DNA of 64,000 bases from Patescibacteria group bacterium (GCA_038058635.1 JBBUAP010000002.1:20948-84947); one strand, 5' to 3'; shown: positions 32,245 through 44,800, numbered from the stretch's first letter. The notes: a model not told the origin generated them from the letters alone. Numbers and translations are program-made.

Positions 32245-33222
32245 ATGCGTAAAAGCGTTGTCATCGTTGGCGACTCACCGCTATCGGTTCTAGTCGCGAG
32301 AATCCTTGATCGCGATCTAGCGCGAGAAACTCACCTGGAAGTTACCCATCTAACCCGAGACGACTCATTTATCTATACACCGGCGCTAGCGACTCTGTTA
32401 GGACGCAACACCTTTCCGTCAAAAAGTAAGTTGTATGGCAATGTTAATTGCCAAAAAACTACGGTCAAACAAATCAATCTAATTGACCGTCGAGTAATTA
32501 CGACTAACGGAGTGCTTGATTACGACTGTTTGTTCCTAGACTTAACTCCAAGCTTTCTGTCACCAGAAATAACCAAGATGTCCCAGCAGGCGGCTCGTCT
32601 TATTAGCGAAGTTAAAGCCAAGCTAAATACCGGTCGCCAACTGCGGGCAAGGGTCACTTTTGCCGGTGTGGACGCGATGTCGTGGCAGTTGGCCCTGGCC
32701 TTAGCCACTGATATCAGCGCCTACCCAGCCGCTGTTCAGAGGGCGATAACTGTTCAAGCGCAGTACCCAGCGATCGCAAAACTGAAAGACTTTTTAACCG
32801 AAAACGGCGTACTTTCTCGCAAATCCGTGGCTCTACTCCCCGGGCTGACGATTAATGCCCCAACTACACCTGTTAAAAGCCGTCTGGTGCGAGGCGCGCT
32901 GTTAGACGAGAAAGGCAATTTTGTGCTTCGCGACACCCTTAACCCCGAAGGGCATCCAGAAACCATCGTCATCGACGGTAACGGGAGAAGCCAACAAAAC
33001 ATTCTCCGAGTCGATCAAACTCTGGCTGTCCAAATCGCGGCCAATATCGAACGCTTTTTAGCTGGTGACCGACAACGAACCATTAGTCACCCACGACCTT
33101 CGGGGATTTTGAAGGGTCAGGCCGGCAAATTTGTTTGGCTGGGCGCGCTCCAGAGTCGACGCCTAAAGGCGAAGATAATCTCTACTCTTGATAGTAAATT
33201 TTACAGACAACTGATCGGCTAG
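32245..33222 (+). CDS. hypothetical protein
   Basis: 325 aa with no confident motif. Confidence 0.3.
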   Translation: MRKSVVIVGDSPLSVLVARILDRDLARETHLEVTHLTRDDSFIYTPALATLLGRNTFPSKSKLYGNVNCQKTTVKQINLIDRRVITTNGVLDYDCLFLDLTPSFLSPEITKMSQQAARLISEVKAKLNTGRQLRARVTFAGVDAMSWQLALALATDISAYPAAVQRAITVQAQYPAIAKLKDFLTENGVLSRKSVALLPGLTINAPTTPVKSRLVRGALLDEKGNFVLRDTLNPEGHPETIVIDGNGRSQQNILRVDQTLAVQIAANIERFLAGDRQRTISHPRPSGILKGQAGKFVWLGALQSRRLKAKIISTLDSKFYRQLIG

Positions 33223-34184
33223 CTCTTGGGTACCAGCGTCGCGTGGTGGATTTTGCTAATAATTCCTAGCACCAACAACGCCACGCCGGAGACTAAAAAG
33301 CCAATACTGATGTTGCCCATCACCGTTTTCATGGCGCCAAGAATCACCGATGCCAAATCGATTACTATCGGCGCAATCGATTTTGCTTCGCCCGAGCCAC
33401 CCACAAAGTCACCAATCGTTTTAGTGATCCAATCCCAGCCGACCAAACTGAAGGCAATTTGGAGTAACCCGACCAAGAGAAAACAAATAGCGAGCGAAAT
33501 AAATCCCGCAGAGCGAAATATTAGTAAGTACAACAGTCCCAATAAGAGCGTTGCCCCCCAAATGGCGTAGATGATTTTAAAGGCCAGCGCCACCTTTATC
33601 TTTGCAGCCGCCAGCGAGGGCGATACTTGACTAGCCGAGAGCGTGTCGGGTAAAGCTTCAGTCAGTTTGGAAGCGGCTACATTAGTTGAGTTGGTGATAC
33701 TTTTTGCCTGGAGAGTGCCGGCGGCTAATTGGCAGGAGGGCAAACTGTTCTCAAAACTCCAGTTTCTAAGCCCAGCGGTAGTACAAAGCGGTAAGCTGTA
33801 ATACTTGGCCGAAAGTTTGGCAGCAGTTGCACCCTCCAGCTTTTGTTTCACTCCGCCTAGCGGGTAGCTGTAAGCGAGCGAATCGGTCTGACCGGTCAGC
33901 CACGGTAGATACGCACCGAGAACCACCCCAGTTAAATCGTAGAACTGTTCGCCATCAAAGCCGGATTTCAAAATGTCTGTGACATCAGCATTTGTTAAGC
34001 CAAAACTTTTCAATTCCTCGGAGGGGATGAACTGCCCGACATTGCCGACCAAACGCCCGTAAAGATTAACTGAACGGGCTTGCGAAATAACAAATTCGGG
34101 GTCTTGGAGTCGGTAGACCACATAGCCCAAACTGGCCAAAAACAACAGGATAGTCAAAAGAAAGATGAAGAATGATTTGATCAC
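33219..34184 (-). CDS. hypothetical polytopic membrane protein
   Basis: 321 aa. N-terminal TM, an extracellular region, then a C-terminal 4-5 TM bundle. Confidence 0.4.
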   Translation of the reverse strand: MIKSFFIFLLTILLFLASLGYVVYRLQDPEFVISQARSVNLYGRLVGNVGQFIPSEELKSFGLTNADVTDILKSGFDGEQFYDLTGVVLGAYLPWLTGQTDSLAYSYPLGGVKQKLEGATAAKLSAKYYSLPLCTTAGLRNWSFENSLPSCQLAAGTLQAKSITNSTNVAASKLTEALPDTLSASQVSPSLAAAKIKVALAFKIIYAIWGATLLLGLLYLLIFRSAGFISLAICFLLVGLLQIAFSLVGWDWITKTIGDFVGGSGEAKSIAPIVIDLASVILGAMKTVMGNISIGFLVSGVALLVLGIISKIHHATLVPKS

Positions 34185-34427
34185 CTTAATAGCATATCAA
34201 AAGTTAACTATGTCCGGTTCCATCGGCAAAGGTTTGCGACTGCGTCGCGGCTTTTTTGTGAGGGTGGAGGGGGTAAAGCCAAAGGAACCCGGGGCTTCGG
34301 CATTCTTTCAGAATAGGCCTCAGCCCGTTCGACCGGTTCGAACTAAAGCAGTTTAGTTCTCTACTGCGGTCTCACCCCTAGCCCCCTCACACCCCATACC
34401 CTGTCACGCTTCTCACAGAGGTAAGGA

Positions 34428-34480
34428 GAAAAACGGCTCGCTGACCTGCTTTTGATGGGTCACGGCTCGCGGTTTTTCGG
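34428..34480. repeat. 53-nt conserved hairpin element (copy B), 51/53 identical to copy A
   Basis: gaaaaacggctcgctgacctgcttttgatgggtcacggctcgcggtttttcgg, with about 30 nt of additional upstream similarity (cacgct...gaggt..ggag). Lies 45 nt upstream of pgk. Confidence 0.6.
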
Positions 34481-34524
34481 CTAATCATAGTGGGAATGAG
34501 AATGACAGCTGGTATATTAAGAAT

Positions 34525-35637
34525 ATGAGGTCTTTGGAGGATGCGGCGCTAGCAAGTAAAGTAGTTTTAGTTCGGATCGACGCCGATGTTCCGTTGACGT
34601 TCGGCGATTCAGTCGAGGTGGCCAACGACTACCGCCTACAAAGGTTACTACCAACCATCTTCTTTCTAATGAACCACCGAGCCAAGATTATTCTCTGTGG
34701 TCATGTCGGACGGCCACTGGCGAAAGTCGACCCAAAATTGAGCATGAAGCCGGTTTTTACCCATCTATCGGCGTTGACTAACAAAAAAATCTTGTTTGCC
34801 ACCGACCCCTTCTCGCCCTTAACCAAGAAAACGATTGACGAGCTCAAAGAAGGAGAAATGATCGGGCTAGAGAATATTCGCTTTTTTAAAGGCGAAGAAG
34901 ATAACTCTCGTACCTTTGCTCGTAAACTCGCTAATCTTGCCGATATCTATGTTAACGACGCTTTCGGCACCTCGCACCGTGAAGCGGCCTCCGTGGTGGC
35001 AATAACGGAGTTTCTACCATCGTACGCTGGCTTACAGCTTGAACGGGAAATGGAAGTGCTGACAAGTTTAACTCGCCACCCCGCCCATCCGTTTATTGCT
35101 CTCGTCGGTGGGGCCAAGATTTCTGATAAATTACCAGTGATCCGAAACCTTCTACCTAAGGTTGATCGAGTCATTGTTGGCGGAGGAGTGGCTAACACCT
35201 TTTTAGCTAGCCAGGGCGTAGACATAAAAAACTCTAAGGTAGAGAAAGACTATGTTGACCGGGCTGGCGAAATGCTCAAGAATTCTAAGGGCAAAATCGT
35301 TCTCCCGGCCGATTATGTTTGGGAAAATGACATGATCCTTGATGTCGGCGAGAAATCGACGCTCCAAACTATTCAATACATAAAATCGGCCAAAACCATC
35401 CTCTGGAGCGGCGTGCCCGGCAAAATTGAACAGCCACCGTTTGATAAGGCATCTACTGCCATTGCTAAAGCTATTGCCAACTCACCGGCCACCAGCATTG
35501 TCGGTGGCGGCGATACCGTCGGTTTCATTGACGGCTTGGGATTGGCCCACAAGTATTCCTTCGTTTCGACCGGTGGCTCAGCTCTGCTCGAGCTATTGGG
35601 TGGGCGGGCTCTGCCCGGCATCCGGGCCTTGGGGTAA
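34525..35637 (+). CDS. pgk: phosphoglycerate kinase (short form)
   Basis: VLVRIDADVPL N-terminal substrate motif, the GGAKISDK hinge region, and VGGGDTV near the C-terminus. Confidence 0.85.
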   Translation: MRSLEDAALASKVVLVRIDADVPLTFGDSVEVANDYRLQRLLPTIFFLMNHRAKIILCGHVGRPLAKVDPKLSMKPVFTHLSALTNKKILFATDPFSPLTKKTIDELKEGEMIGLENIRFFKGEEDNSRTFARKLANLADIYVNDAFGTSHREAASVVAITEFLPSYAGLQLEREMEVLTSLTRHPAHPFIALVGGAKISDKLPVIRNLLPKVDRVIVGGGVANTFLASQGVDIKNSKVEKDYVDRAGEMLKNSKGKIVLPADYVWENDMILDVGEKSTLQTIQYIKSAKTILWSGVPGKIEQPPFDKASTAIAKAIANSPATSIVGGGDTVGFIDGLGLAHKYSFVSTGGSALLELLGGRALPGIRALG

Positions 35638-36552
35638 GGCGGGCGAAGTCACCTCGGGAGTTTGCAGGGCCAGGCCCTCCGTAGGGCCTGGCCCTGTGGG
35701 AGGTATGAGAGGCGTGGGTAGTGCAGGTGGTGGGGTCGGCGATTCGATCTGTCGGACCTCCTGTTCAATAACGGCCGCGGTTTGGACAACCCGGCTTTCT
35801 AGCTGGTAAATTTTTGCCAGCAACTCCTGTTCTTTGGCTAGGGCCAGTTTTTCAGCCGCGAATCCGCGACGAACCTTGCGGCTCAAGCGCAGAATCAAGA
35901 TAATCAGGACTGGTTCGGTCAAGAAGAAGAGAATGATGACCAATAAAACCCAAAATGGTATTTGCAGCTCCACATCGGTGTTAACCAGTCGTTCGTTGGC
36001 TGGTTTCGAGGGTTTGGGTTTAGCCGGCTCGAGTACTGTTAACTGACCACCGCCAGGAAGATTTATTTTAATTGTTAAATTAGTTAGAAACGGCAGGGGG
36101 GTGAATGTGACCGTTGGTTTATCATCGAGCGTCACCCCTTCGGCAACAGCGGTGAAGGTGGAGTTGCCAGGCACTTCGGAGCTTGCAGCACAACGAGCCT
36201 TACCCTCGGTATCGGTAACGGTCGCTCGGCTGTTGGTGAGGGTACTGCCTGAGTAGCAAAGAATAGTATCGACATCGCCTCGATTAGAGCTAACAGACAC
36301 CTGCTTGTTCGGTAGGGCCAGACCCTCTTTAGATAGGATAGTGGCAGTCAAAACGACGGCCGATTTACCATCGGCCGGTAACTGGACAATGTCGCTAACA
36401 AAAGTGGAAATCCCGGCATTGACCGACGAGACAACGGTGGCATTAACCGTTGTGTTTTGAGCCAAGACAATTGCTGGGATAACGACCAGGAAAGCCAGTG
36501 TCGCCAGAGAAAGCCTCGCACTTAAAGATTGGAAGCAGGTTTTGAGCTTCAT
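35593..36552 (-). CDS. secreted Ig-like (Big-like) domain protein with TM anchor, cytoplasmic coiled-coil and Pro-rich tail
   Basis: Signal peptide, then a roughly 130-aa beta-rich domain resembling bacterial Ig-like folds (SAVVLTATILSKEG...ATVTDTEGKARCAASSE), a TM helix (FWVLLVIILFFLTEPVLIILIL), KVRR, a heptad-like region, and a P/T-rich end. Last gene of the minus-strand surface operon. Confidence 0.5.
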   Translation of the reverse strand: MKLKTCFQSLSARLSLATLAFLVVIPAIVLAQNTTVNATVVSSVNAGISTFVSDIVQLPADGKSAVVLTATILSKEGLALPNKQVSVSSNRGDVDTILCYSGSTLTNSRATVTDTEGKARCAASSEVPGNSTFTAVAEGVTLDDKPTVTFTPLPFLTNLTIKINLPGGGQLTVLEPAKPKPSKPANERLVNTDVELQIPFWVLLVIILFFLTEPVLIILILRLSRKVRRGFAAEKLALAKEQELLAKIYQLESRVVQTAAVIEQEVRQIESPTPPPALPTPLIPPTGPGPTEGLALQTPEVTSPALPQGPDAGQSPPTQ

Positions 36553-36554
36553 CG

Positions 36555-37532
36555 CTAACGAATCACAATCCTGGGTGGTGCTGAAATAGTGGTCGGTGGT
36601 GGGGGAGGCGGTAAAACAACTGTCTTCTGGCGGCGTTTTTTGTAAACTGCAAAAGCAATTCGCAGAGCCAACAATGTCAGCGCGACAATGAACCAGATCG
36701 GAATGATCACAAAACTGCGAGTGGCAAGGAGTTGCTTTTCCTCGGTTCCGTAGTAGAGGGCAGTGGTAGCAGTATATTTACCAATCGCTTTCCAGTTAAA
36801 GCCCCAACTGGTTTCAAAGCGTCGTTTACTGTCTGGCAAGACATTACCTTCGCCCTCATTTATTTTGATGGCGGCAGAAGTGTCGCCAAACCAGTTTCTG
36901 ATCTTCAGCTCTCCCTTCGGTCGGAGGTGAATATTGCCGGTATTAGAAAACAGGACCGAAAAATTAGCCGGTGGCGCAATTAAGATTCTGGGGGCAACAA
37001 ATTCTTCCAGCGTTAGTCGCTCGATGATATCGCCCGGGACTTTGGCTAACATTAGCGTTCCAACTAGGCCGACTACTCCGATCTGGCTGACATCCTCTTC
37101 TAAGGATGGTGCTTCGGTTGAAAACAAAACCGCGGCGTAGTGGCCGCCCGGATCGGCGTTTTCTGGGACGGTGATGGTGACATCGAATTTCTCGTCCTCG
37201 CCTGGTGTCACCCGAATAAAGGGTTTGGAGAAAGTTATCCACTGAGACATCGTCCAGCGCGAGGTTTTGTCCTTGGGGGTAAAGAAACTTGGCTGACCTT
37301 TATTGTTGTCGGTGTGAAAGTCCAGAGCTCTAGGGTAAAGAGTAACTTCCTTGGCAACAGGGTTTATCACTCGCAGAGTTCGGGTGGTTACTTTGCCTGG
37401 GACAACATCAAAAGTTTCAGTGACTGGGGTGACGGTAATACCGGCGGCGTCTTGGGCCTTAATGCTCGATTGGGGCGCAATCAAAATAATCGCTAACACT
37501 CCTAGGAGTAACAGCCGGTTAAGAAACCTCAT
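36555..37532 (-). CDS. secreted protein with C-terminal TM anchor and poly-Pro cytoplasmic tail (DUF916-like architecture)
   Basis: Signal peptide (LLLGVLAIILIAPQSSIKAQD), a roughly 260-aa extracellular domain, a C-terminal TM (IIPIWFIVALTLLALRIAFAV), then YKKRRQK and PPPPPP. Start codon lies 2 nt after the upstream gene's stop. Confidence 0.5.
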   Translation of the reverse strand: MRFLNRLLLLGVLAIILIAPQSSIKAQDAAGITVTPVTETFDVVPGKVTTRTLRVINPVAKEVTLYPRALDFHTDNNKGQPSFFTPKDKTSRWTMSQWITFSKPFIRVTPGEDEKFDVTITVPENADPGGHYAAVLFSTEAPSLEEDVSQIGVVGLVGTLMLAKVPGDIIERLTLEEFVAPRILIAPPANFSVLFSNTGNIHLRPKGELKIRNWFGDTSAAIKINEGEGNVLPDSKRRFETSWGFNWKAIGKYTATTALYYGTEEKQLLATRSFVIIPIWFIVALTLLALRIAFAVYKKRRQKTVVLPPPPPPTTISAPPRIVIR

Positions 37533-37533
37533 G

Positions 37534-38772
37534 CTAGTAAGTCGCTGTGCAAACGTAGGTAATAGTGTCGGTATAGGATCCCGCCGGTGCCAAACCTGAA
37601 ACAGCGGCTTTATGGACGATGGTCAGGACTCTACTGGCTAGAGCACCGGTGGAAGCAGCGATGGGAACTGCAGCGCCTGCCCCAACTTCCAGGCCACCCA
37701 TCTCGTTAGCACCGCCAGAAGCGTCGAAACGACCATCAACCGTTAAGGCGGCACCGGAACCACTGGCACTGGAGGCCGATACCCCAAAACCATCGGTTCC
37801 AGCCGCCAGTGTGGCGGTATTAGCGTAAGACGAATCGGCTGAACCGATTAAGTATGTTGTCGTGGATGATTTATATAAGCCTGGGTTGGTAGTATCTCCG
37901 GCGTCATAGACGATGATATTCAAACCGCCCTGACCGTTAGAGCTGGCGGTGATGGTAGTACTAGTATCAGAAGTTGAGACTGCGCCAGTCGTCAGCGAGG
38001 AAAAAGTGGTGGTTAGTCCGGTGAAAGTACAAGTGATGGAAGGATCGACAGTGGCGTTAACTGTCACATCGTTGTCGGCGATGACTTCGAGGGCCAGGGT
38101 GCCAGTATCAGTAAAACCACCACCGCCGGTTAGGGTGACTTTAGCGTCAGTGACATTTTGGGCCGCTGATTGGTTGGTGATTTGGTCGTTACCAGCCGAG
38201 CCACTAGTAGCATTAGTGCCAATTTCAATGGTGACGACTGATGAGGCAGCAATAGTGGCGTCAGTAGCACATCGAGTAAAAGTAAAGCCAATTGGGTCGA
38301 TGATATCGGCAGTGGTAATTTCAATCTCAATGGCCGCTCCAGAACAACCGCCGCTAGCAACCATTGTTTGATCTACTCCGTCATCAGTGACATCAAAATC
38401 TTCTGGTTCACTGTTCAGAAACCCAGCCGCACTAAAACCAGCCGGAAAAGCTAGCGCCAAGGTTTCACCAGCCACCCAAGTGTCGGCAATGGTAAAGGTG
38501 AAGGTATGGTTGGCGACAACGGACTCCTTCATCGTCGACAAGACATCAGAAAACGATGTTACCGGGGCGGCAAAAGCCGAGGGTGTATAAGGTAAGAGTA
38601 AGCTAAAAGTCACGACCAGTACCACCAGTCGAGTCAACTTGACCCACAGATTGTTCTTTCCCCCTCGTCGCATTCTTGTACTCAGCTTCCTGCTCTTTAT
38701 TGAGAATGTCAAGGGTTTTTGAAGAAATTTAATTGGTAATCCGCCTCCGACCGGTTGGCGGATGGCAGACAA
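37534..38772 (-). CDS. secreted T/S/G-rich surface protein sharing a C-terminal 32-aa motif with the giant protein
   Basis: Sec signal peptide (likely real start at Met34, about 38673: MRRGGKNNLWVKLTRLVVLVVTFSLLLPYTPSAFA|AP), a low-complexity T/S/G/A-rich body, and a C-terminus ...RVLTIVHKAAVSGLAPAGSYTDTITYVCTATY. Confidence 0.5.
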   Translation of the reverse strand: MSAIRQPVGGGLPIKFLQKPLTFSIKSRKLSTRMRRGGKNNLWVKLTRLVVLVVTFSLLLPYTPSAFAAPVTSFSDVLSTMKESVVANHTFTFTIADTWVAGETLALAFPAGFSAAGFLNSEPEDFDVTDDGVDQTMVASGGCSGAAIEIEITTADIIDPIGFTFTRCATDATIAASSVVTIEIGTNATSGSAGNDQITNQSAAQNVTDAKVTLTGGGGFTDTGTLALEVIADNDVTVNATVDPSITCTFTGLTTTFSSLTTGAVSTSDTSTTITASSNGQGGLNIIVYDAGDTTNPGLYKSSTTTYLIGSADSSYANTATLAAGTDGFGVSASSASGSGAALTVDGRFDASGGANEMGGLEVGAGAAVPIAASTGALASRVLTIVHKAAVSGLAPAGSYTDTITYVCTATY

Positions 38773-38787
38773 AATTCAAAACTCCGA

Positions 38788-38816
38788 GATCTTCAAAGGC
38801 CTGGCCTTTGAAGATC
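38788..38816. repeat. REP-like perfect palindrome (type a) between the giant gene and the downstream operon
   Basis: gatcttcaaaggcc-t-ggcctttgaagatc, a 14-bp stem. Same family as 53806 and 54546. Confidence 0.8.
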
Positions 38817-38874
38817 CTTCCCCCTCGTCGCATTTTTAATCCAGCGTTGCTCTCCTCGCTGAATCTGTCAAGCA

Positions 38875-41800
38875 TCAGAATGTCCCGGTCAATATATATA
38901 GTACCTCTGTTGTATACGGATTGGCTTCTTGAAGTTCGCTAACCGAGACTTTGTGGGTGATGGTGAACGCTTCGTTGGTGACAGGACCGCTGGTGCCGTC
39001 AACGGCGGTGGTGTGATCGGCGATGATATCGCCAAAGGCCGTCAGACTTAACGGTGCGTAGAGCGTGCCGGTGCTAAACTTGTTGACACCCTGAATGGTG
39101 GTGTCGTCCGAGGTGTAGCCGTAGCCACAGTTGGTGCTAGGCGTACAAGTACCACCTGGCCAGGCGCCGGGTGAGGCGTAGGTGCCACCCTCAAACATCG
39201 GAATGGTTTTGACGCCTTTAGTCAGGAGGGAGCTAGCGTATTGGCGAATAACATAACCGCCGTAGGCGTTAGTGCTGGAGGTCAAGACCAAGGTCTTGGA
39301 GTCGCTCCGATTATTACCGTTATTGAGGTTGGCGAAGGTAATTGTAACCGCGCCGAGCGACAAGCTAATCGTTGGCAGAACCGACTGGCCGTTCGATGAA
39401 GTGACGCCCGAAGTATTGGTGGCGTTGTCGACCGCTCGAACATTGAAGAAGTAATTCTGGTTGGTTCGCAGAATCAAGCTACCCGATGTGACCGATTCGG
39501 TCGTCGAGTTATCGGTCCAGGCCTTGATATCGGTCCCACCGCTAGTCGTACCAATAGAGTATTGATACTTATTCAACCCGGAAACGGTGCAGGTGAAAGC
39601 ATCCCAGTTAGCCGAGACGGCAGTGAGCGACCCATCGTTATATGAAGCGTCAACATCTTCGACCGTGCCATCATAGATACTTGAGCCGTAAGTGCAGGCG
39701 GTCGTGTCAACGCCAAAGTCACGATTGGCCTCTGGATTGGCGCCAAACGAGATCCAACCAGAGTAGCCACCAAAGGTATCCTTAACTCTGGCTTGCCAGT
39801 GGTACTCGTTGGCATCAGTGATTCCGGCAATAGTAAGGACGACCGTTACTGGTGTGCCAGAGTAGGCGACACCCGAACCGCAGGAATCCTCGGTGTTGGC
39901 AAAAGCATCGGCGATCAGATCTTTCTCGACACACAAGTACAAAGTGTCGGGATTGTCGGTATCCGAGGCGGTGGCGGTGAACTTAACTGAAGTCTCGTTA
40001 GTCCAATCCCCAACGGCCAAAACCGTGTCGTCGGTCTTCTTTTGGGCCAGGGCAGAGGGATCATTCGGGTTGGTGTTAACTTGCCAGTGGAGGAAACCAA
40101 GACTATCGCTACCGCCGTCTCCGGTGTCGGAATCGGAGGCTTCACAATCGCTCCAGCCGGTACAGGTGGAAGGATACAAGGCCCAGTAGTTGCCAGCCGC
40201 TGGAGCGCCGGTGGCTGTTTGAGTAACGGAGTATTCTGGGACATTGTCAGAGGCCTCAAGGAAGGTCATATTGTCCCAAGTTTTGGCTGGAGCACCGGTG
40301 CCTATTAACGAGCCGTGGACTGTGATGTAGGTATCGGTTGCCCCGACATTCTGGAAGTTATCGAATTCGCCGTCATCAAGATTGGTCAGCGTCGCCCCAG
40401 ATTGAAGGTCGAGGCCGTTACCGCCGCTGGTACCGCCAAGGTAACTAAATTTGTAGTACTGGGCGTCGATTGTTCCGGCCACATCGAAGTGGTAGCCACC
40501 GGAGGCCCCACGAGTAACAGTGGAGAGATTAGTTGAAGTGGTTTGGCCTTTCAGCTCGAGTGTTTTGCCCGAGCCAACGGTGAAGATGTCGCCATCCTGC
40601 ATCATCGTCATTGGCTTAATGGTCGAGGTAGAGTTGTCGGCGTCAAAGGCAGCGAAGGTGTAAGTGGCGTTTAGAGCGTAGGGAGTGGCACCACAGTCAA
40701 CGGTGAACTTGGTATTAACGGCACCAGTCGAATCAGTGAACAATGTCCCGGTCGTTAGATCACCAACATCGGTACCGTTCCGGTAAACATCCATTACCGC
40801 TTGGCTAGTGACACAGCTGGCTCCGACACCGGCGGTTTTGGTGACAAGCATGTAAGCATACGGACCGGCCGACAAGTCAGCCGGAGCCGACAGGTCGTAA
40901 GCAAGGTTCGTGTCTTCGGTGCCAGTCCCAGAATACCCGTGCGCCGTAACCGATTTTTCCCACAAATTGTTGGCGTAGTTGAATTTGTCAGTACTCTCCA
41001 CTTGTGGCGTTTCGGCTGTATCGGCCGGAATGGCATACTCGCCCCAGAGCTTGGTTGCGCCAGCCGAGGTGTCGTGCTTGCGAGAAACAATATATGCCCC
41101 AGCAACAGTTACCCCAGTCACTTCAGTAGAAGAAGAGAGAGTGGTGTTGTAGAGAGAAAGGGTGTGAGCGTTAGTTCCGGCAAAAATAATGTCCGCCGTA
41201 GTATTGGCAGTTGCGCCATAGACATCATTAATGATGACATTGCCGGTTGAGGCAGTATTGTCGCTAACATATAAACCATACGACTGACCGCCGCTCTGAT
41301 TTCCGATTAATGTGTTGTTGTTAGAGATACTAAGACGAAAGCCCCAGCTGCCGTTACCCGTGGAAGTATTGGAACTTAATATATTATTACTGGAGCTGAC
41401 ATTCAGGAGAAAACCAGATGAAATATTGCCGGTGGCAGAGTTGCTCATTAGGATATTGTTGGTGGAAGTAGTGATAATAAACCCATATAGACTGTTGCCA
41501 ATAGCGGTATTAGATGTCAGGGAGTTATTTGAGCTAGAGTCGATAAGGAAACCGTAGTTAACATTGCCGGTGGAGGTATTAGATGTCAGGGTGTTATTGT
41601 TGGCGCTGGAGTCGATACGGAAACCGTAGGAGGCGTTGCCAGTGGCGGAATTGGAAGTCAGGGTGTTATTGGCGCTGGCGTTGAGATAAAAGCCAGCAGT
41701 AGTATTACCTATAGCCGTATTGCTCGTCAGGGTATTGCTATTGGAGCTGACCTGAAGGTAGAAGCCGTAGCTGGTATTACCCGAAGCGATATTGTTAGAC

Positions 41801-44800
41801 AAGGTATTGCTGTTGGCACTGCCGTTGAGATTAAATCCATAGAGAGTGTTACCAGCTGCCGAGCTGTTAGTGATACCCTTAGCGTTAGCGGTGTTGTTGT
41901 TGAGGGAGGCGGACAGTCGAGCGCCACGGTGGCCACTTCGTAAGCGCGATCGGTCAATGGTCACACCCTCGCTGGCGTTGGCGCCGTTGACAGAGTCGAA
42001 TGTTACCCCAAATTTTAAGCTAGCATTGCGGCCTAGATCACAGACATCGGCGTAATTCATAACTGTTTCCGAACCAGCGTTGGCATGAATATAACTTTCG
42101 CCAGCCTCATCATTCGTTGCGGTACAGGCAACGCCGTCTTCGGCGGTGACATTGGCGTAGTCATAAATTTCAAAATTATCTCCAGGTCTAACTCCGTCAG
42201 AGATATCTACCGTATCTCCGGAAGTGAAACCGGAGAAAACATCGGGGGACTCAACGACTTTCAGAAGATCGTTGGTACCGGTACAAGAGGCATCGTCATT
42301 AGCCGAGTCAACAATTTGGAAGTAGCCCTTGGTACCGGTGAAGTCACGCATATACGAGCCAATTTTTTGATTATCAGCGGTGATCGAGTCGGGAATACAG
42401 ACACTCATTATGCCGTTGTTGTTGGAGAGAGTCTTACTAGCACTAACGACACTAGCGGTTGAGGTATCGGCGCGGGTGATGGAGTCGTGGGTGCCGGTAT
42501 CGCACTGGGCATCGTCAGTGGTGGTGGCGGTAATCGCGTAGATCTGACCGATGGCTAGACCGCTCGTTGTTCGAACATGTTTGCTAGTGTAGCCAACTGA
42601 GAAATCTGCATTAGCACAGATTTTTGTTTCGCGGTTGTCGTAGTCGGTAATGGCAGTGGAAGAAGTGGCAGCTAGTGAGAGGGCACCGGTGACATTAAGT
42701 TTGCCAGTTGAGGCGACTTCAACACCGGTGTCAGATGCGGTGGCACTCGATTTAGGAATTAGTTTCAAGATTCCGTTTTCGTTTATCGTTAAGGTGCCTT
42801 GGCCTGATCCTGATGAGGCCCCAACATCAACAATGCAGTTAGCGCATTGAGTAGAAGTATCTTTGTTGACTTGGAGGGTAATCGTACTGCCTTCAGCCAG
42901 TGCGTCCATCGTTTGCAAAATTGCAGTTTGGTCAGCGGTTGTGGCGATGTCAATCCCGCCATAAACCAACAAGTTGTCGGCGTCGCCGTTTCCGACAGTA
43001 ACCGTACCGTTACTAACTACCAATGTATCCGCTGCCGGAGTACCGGCTGAAGTATCCACCAACATCGGATCCTGGATCGTCCATGCTCCAGCAACCCCGT
43101 TAAAGATGACTTTGAAGAAGGCCGAAGTACCGTTTAGAGTTCCGGAGAGAGTGTTACCGGAGTCAGTGGCGTTGAAAGTGACAGTGCCAGAACGAGCGGT
43201 GAAGGTGCCGATGTTACTGTAGTTCCCGCCGATCGTTAGCCCCCAGTTGGAACCGGAGACAGTGTCTAATGTTGCCGGCACATCAATGGTGAGATCGTTC
43301 GTCACGGTCGTATTTCCCTCAAGATCGTAGGTCTCGATACAAAAAATATTCAAGCAGCCAGTATTTAAATTATAGTAAGTCGCAACTTGAACCGTTGTAT
43401 TACCTCCAGCGTTATTACCCCAGAAGCTGAAAGTAGAGGTGGCGGGAGTTAAGACTGCGGCCGGCGAAGCTAGCAGTTGGAACGGATCGCCGGCAGTACC
43501 ACTTAAAATCCAGGTGCGGTTACCGGCATTGAGAGTTGTTGTCGCTCCAGCGGCATCACCAGAGGCGCCGACCAAAAGGATTGAGGATACTGTGATTCCA
43601 CCAGAACCTCCAGTCTGGGTAGTTACGGTGAACGGACTAGAGGCGTGAGAATTCGAGAAAGTGAGACTGACGAAAGTCCAGGCATTAGAGCCACTAGTGG
43701 TGCCAAAATTTTTACTCGCCCCCACCCGTTGAGTAAAGAGACTCGAACCGCTCATTGTAATCGCCCCAACTCCCGTGGCACTGCCGTTGACGGTCACATC
43801 AACCCCGCCGCTCATCGTCCCACCGGCATTAGACAAATCGTTGGCAACTTGCAGTGCTGTCGTGCTGAGAGATAAGATACTGGCCCCAGAGTGAGTGAGA
43901 TTATAGAACTGCTTAGTACTACCAGTACCGCCAGTAATGACCGTTTGAGTACCACTAGTGCCGGCAAAATCAACCGTACTGGTGTCGGCGTTGAATACAG
44001 CGGCATTAGAGTTGGTCCAATTGCCCTTAACCGTTAAATTGGCGGCGCCCATAGTCAGAATAGCAGTGGTAGTAGTGAAGTCGATATTACCATTGACGGT
44101 GACAGTTTGACCGTTGAGGTTGGTAATATTCGCAAGACTACAGCAGCCACCAAGTGACATATTGCCAGTGAAAGTCGTAGTGCCCTGGAATATAATACTG
44201 TAGGTACTTGGTAATTGATTGACGAATCCGGAGTTATAGGTATAGGCAGGAAAATTGGTGTTAGCGGATCCCCCAAAGATGTAGATTTGCCCGTTGCCGG
44301 TTCCCCAAGTTCCCGAAAGAGAAAGGGGGTTTGTCGGAGGGGACTGTAAATAGAATGTTTTAGAGTTCAAATCGAAAGTACCAGCCCCTAATGTCAAAAC
44401 ATTATCTATACCGAACGATTGTAGCATCTGAGTGGTCTTGCCACCGGCTTGGCCGACATTGAGGTTGTAAAAACGAGGTTCATACGTATTTGTCACCCCG
44501 GTCGTTATTGTTTTAGTGCCAGCTCCGTCCATTATTACTGTCGATGTTCCTTCAACGATACTTAAGCTATCTGTCGCCACCGCCGAGGTATCCCAGTTGC
44601 CGGAAACGGTAATCGTTGAGGCCCTTTCGGTCAGTGACCAAGTACCGGCGTTACCAGTCAGGTTTCCACCAATAGTTAGCGCATAGTTAAAGGTGGTATT
44701 TGTATCGAAAGTGCCGTTAGTAATATCAAAGTTATTAGTAACGCTCATTGCGTCTTGCAATGTCCAACCCCCACCAACCCCATTAAACACAAGGTTGTAA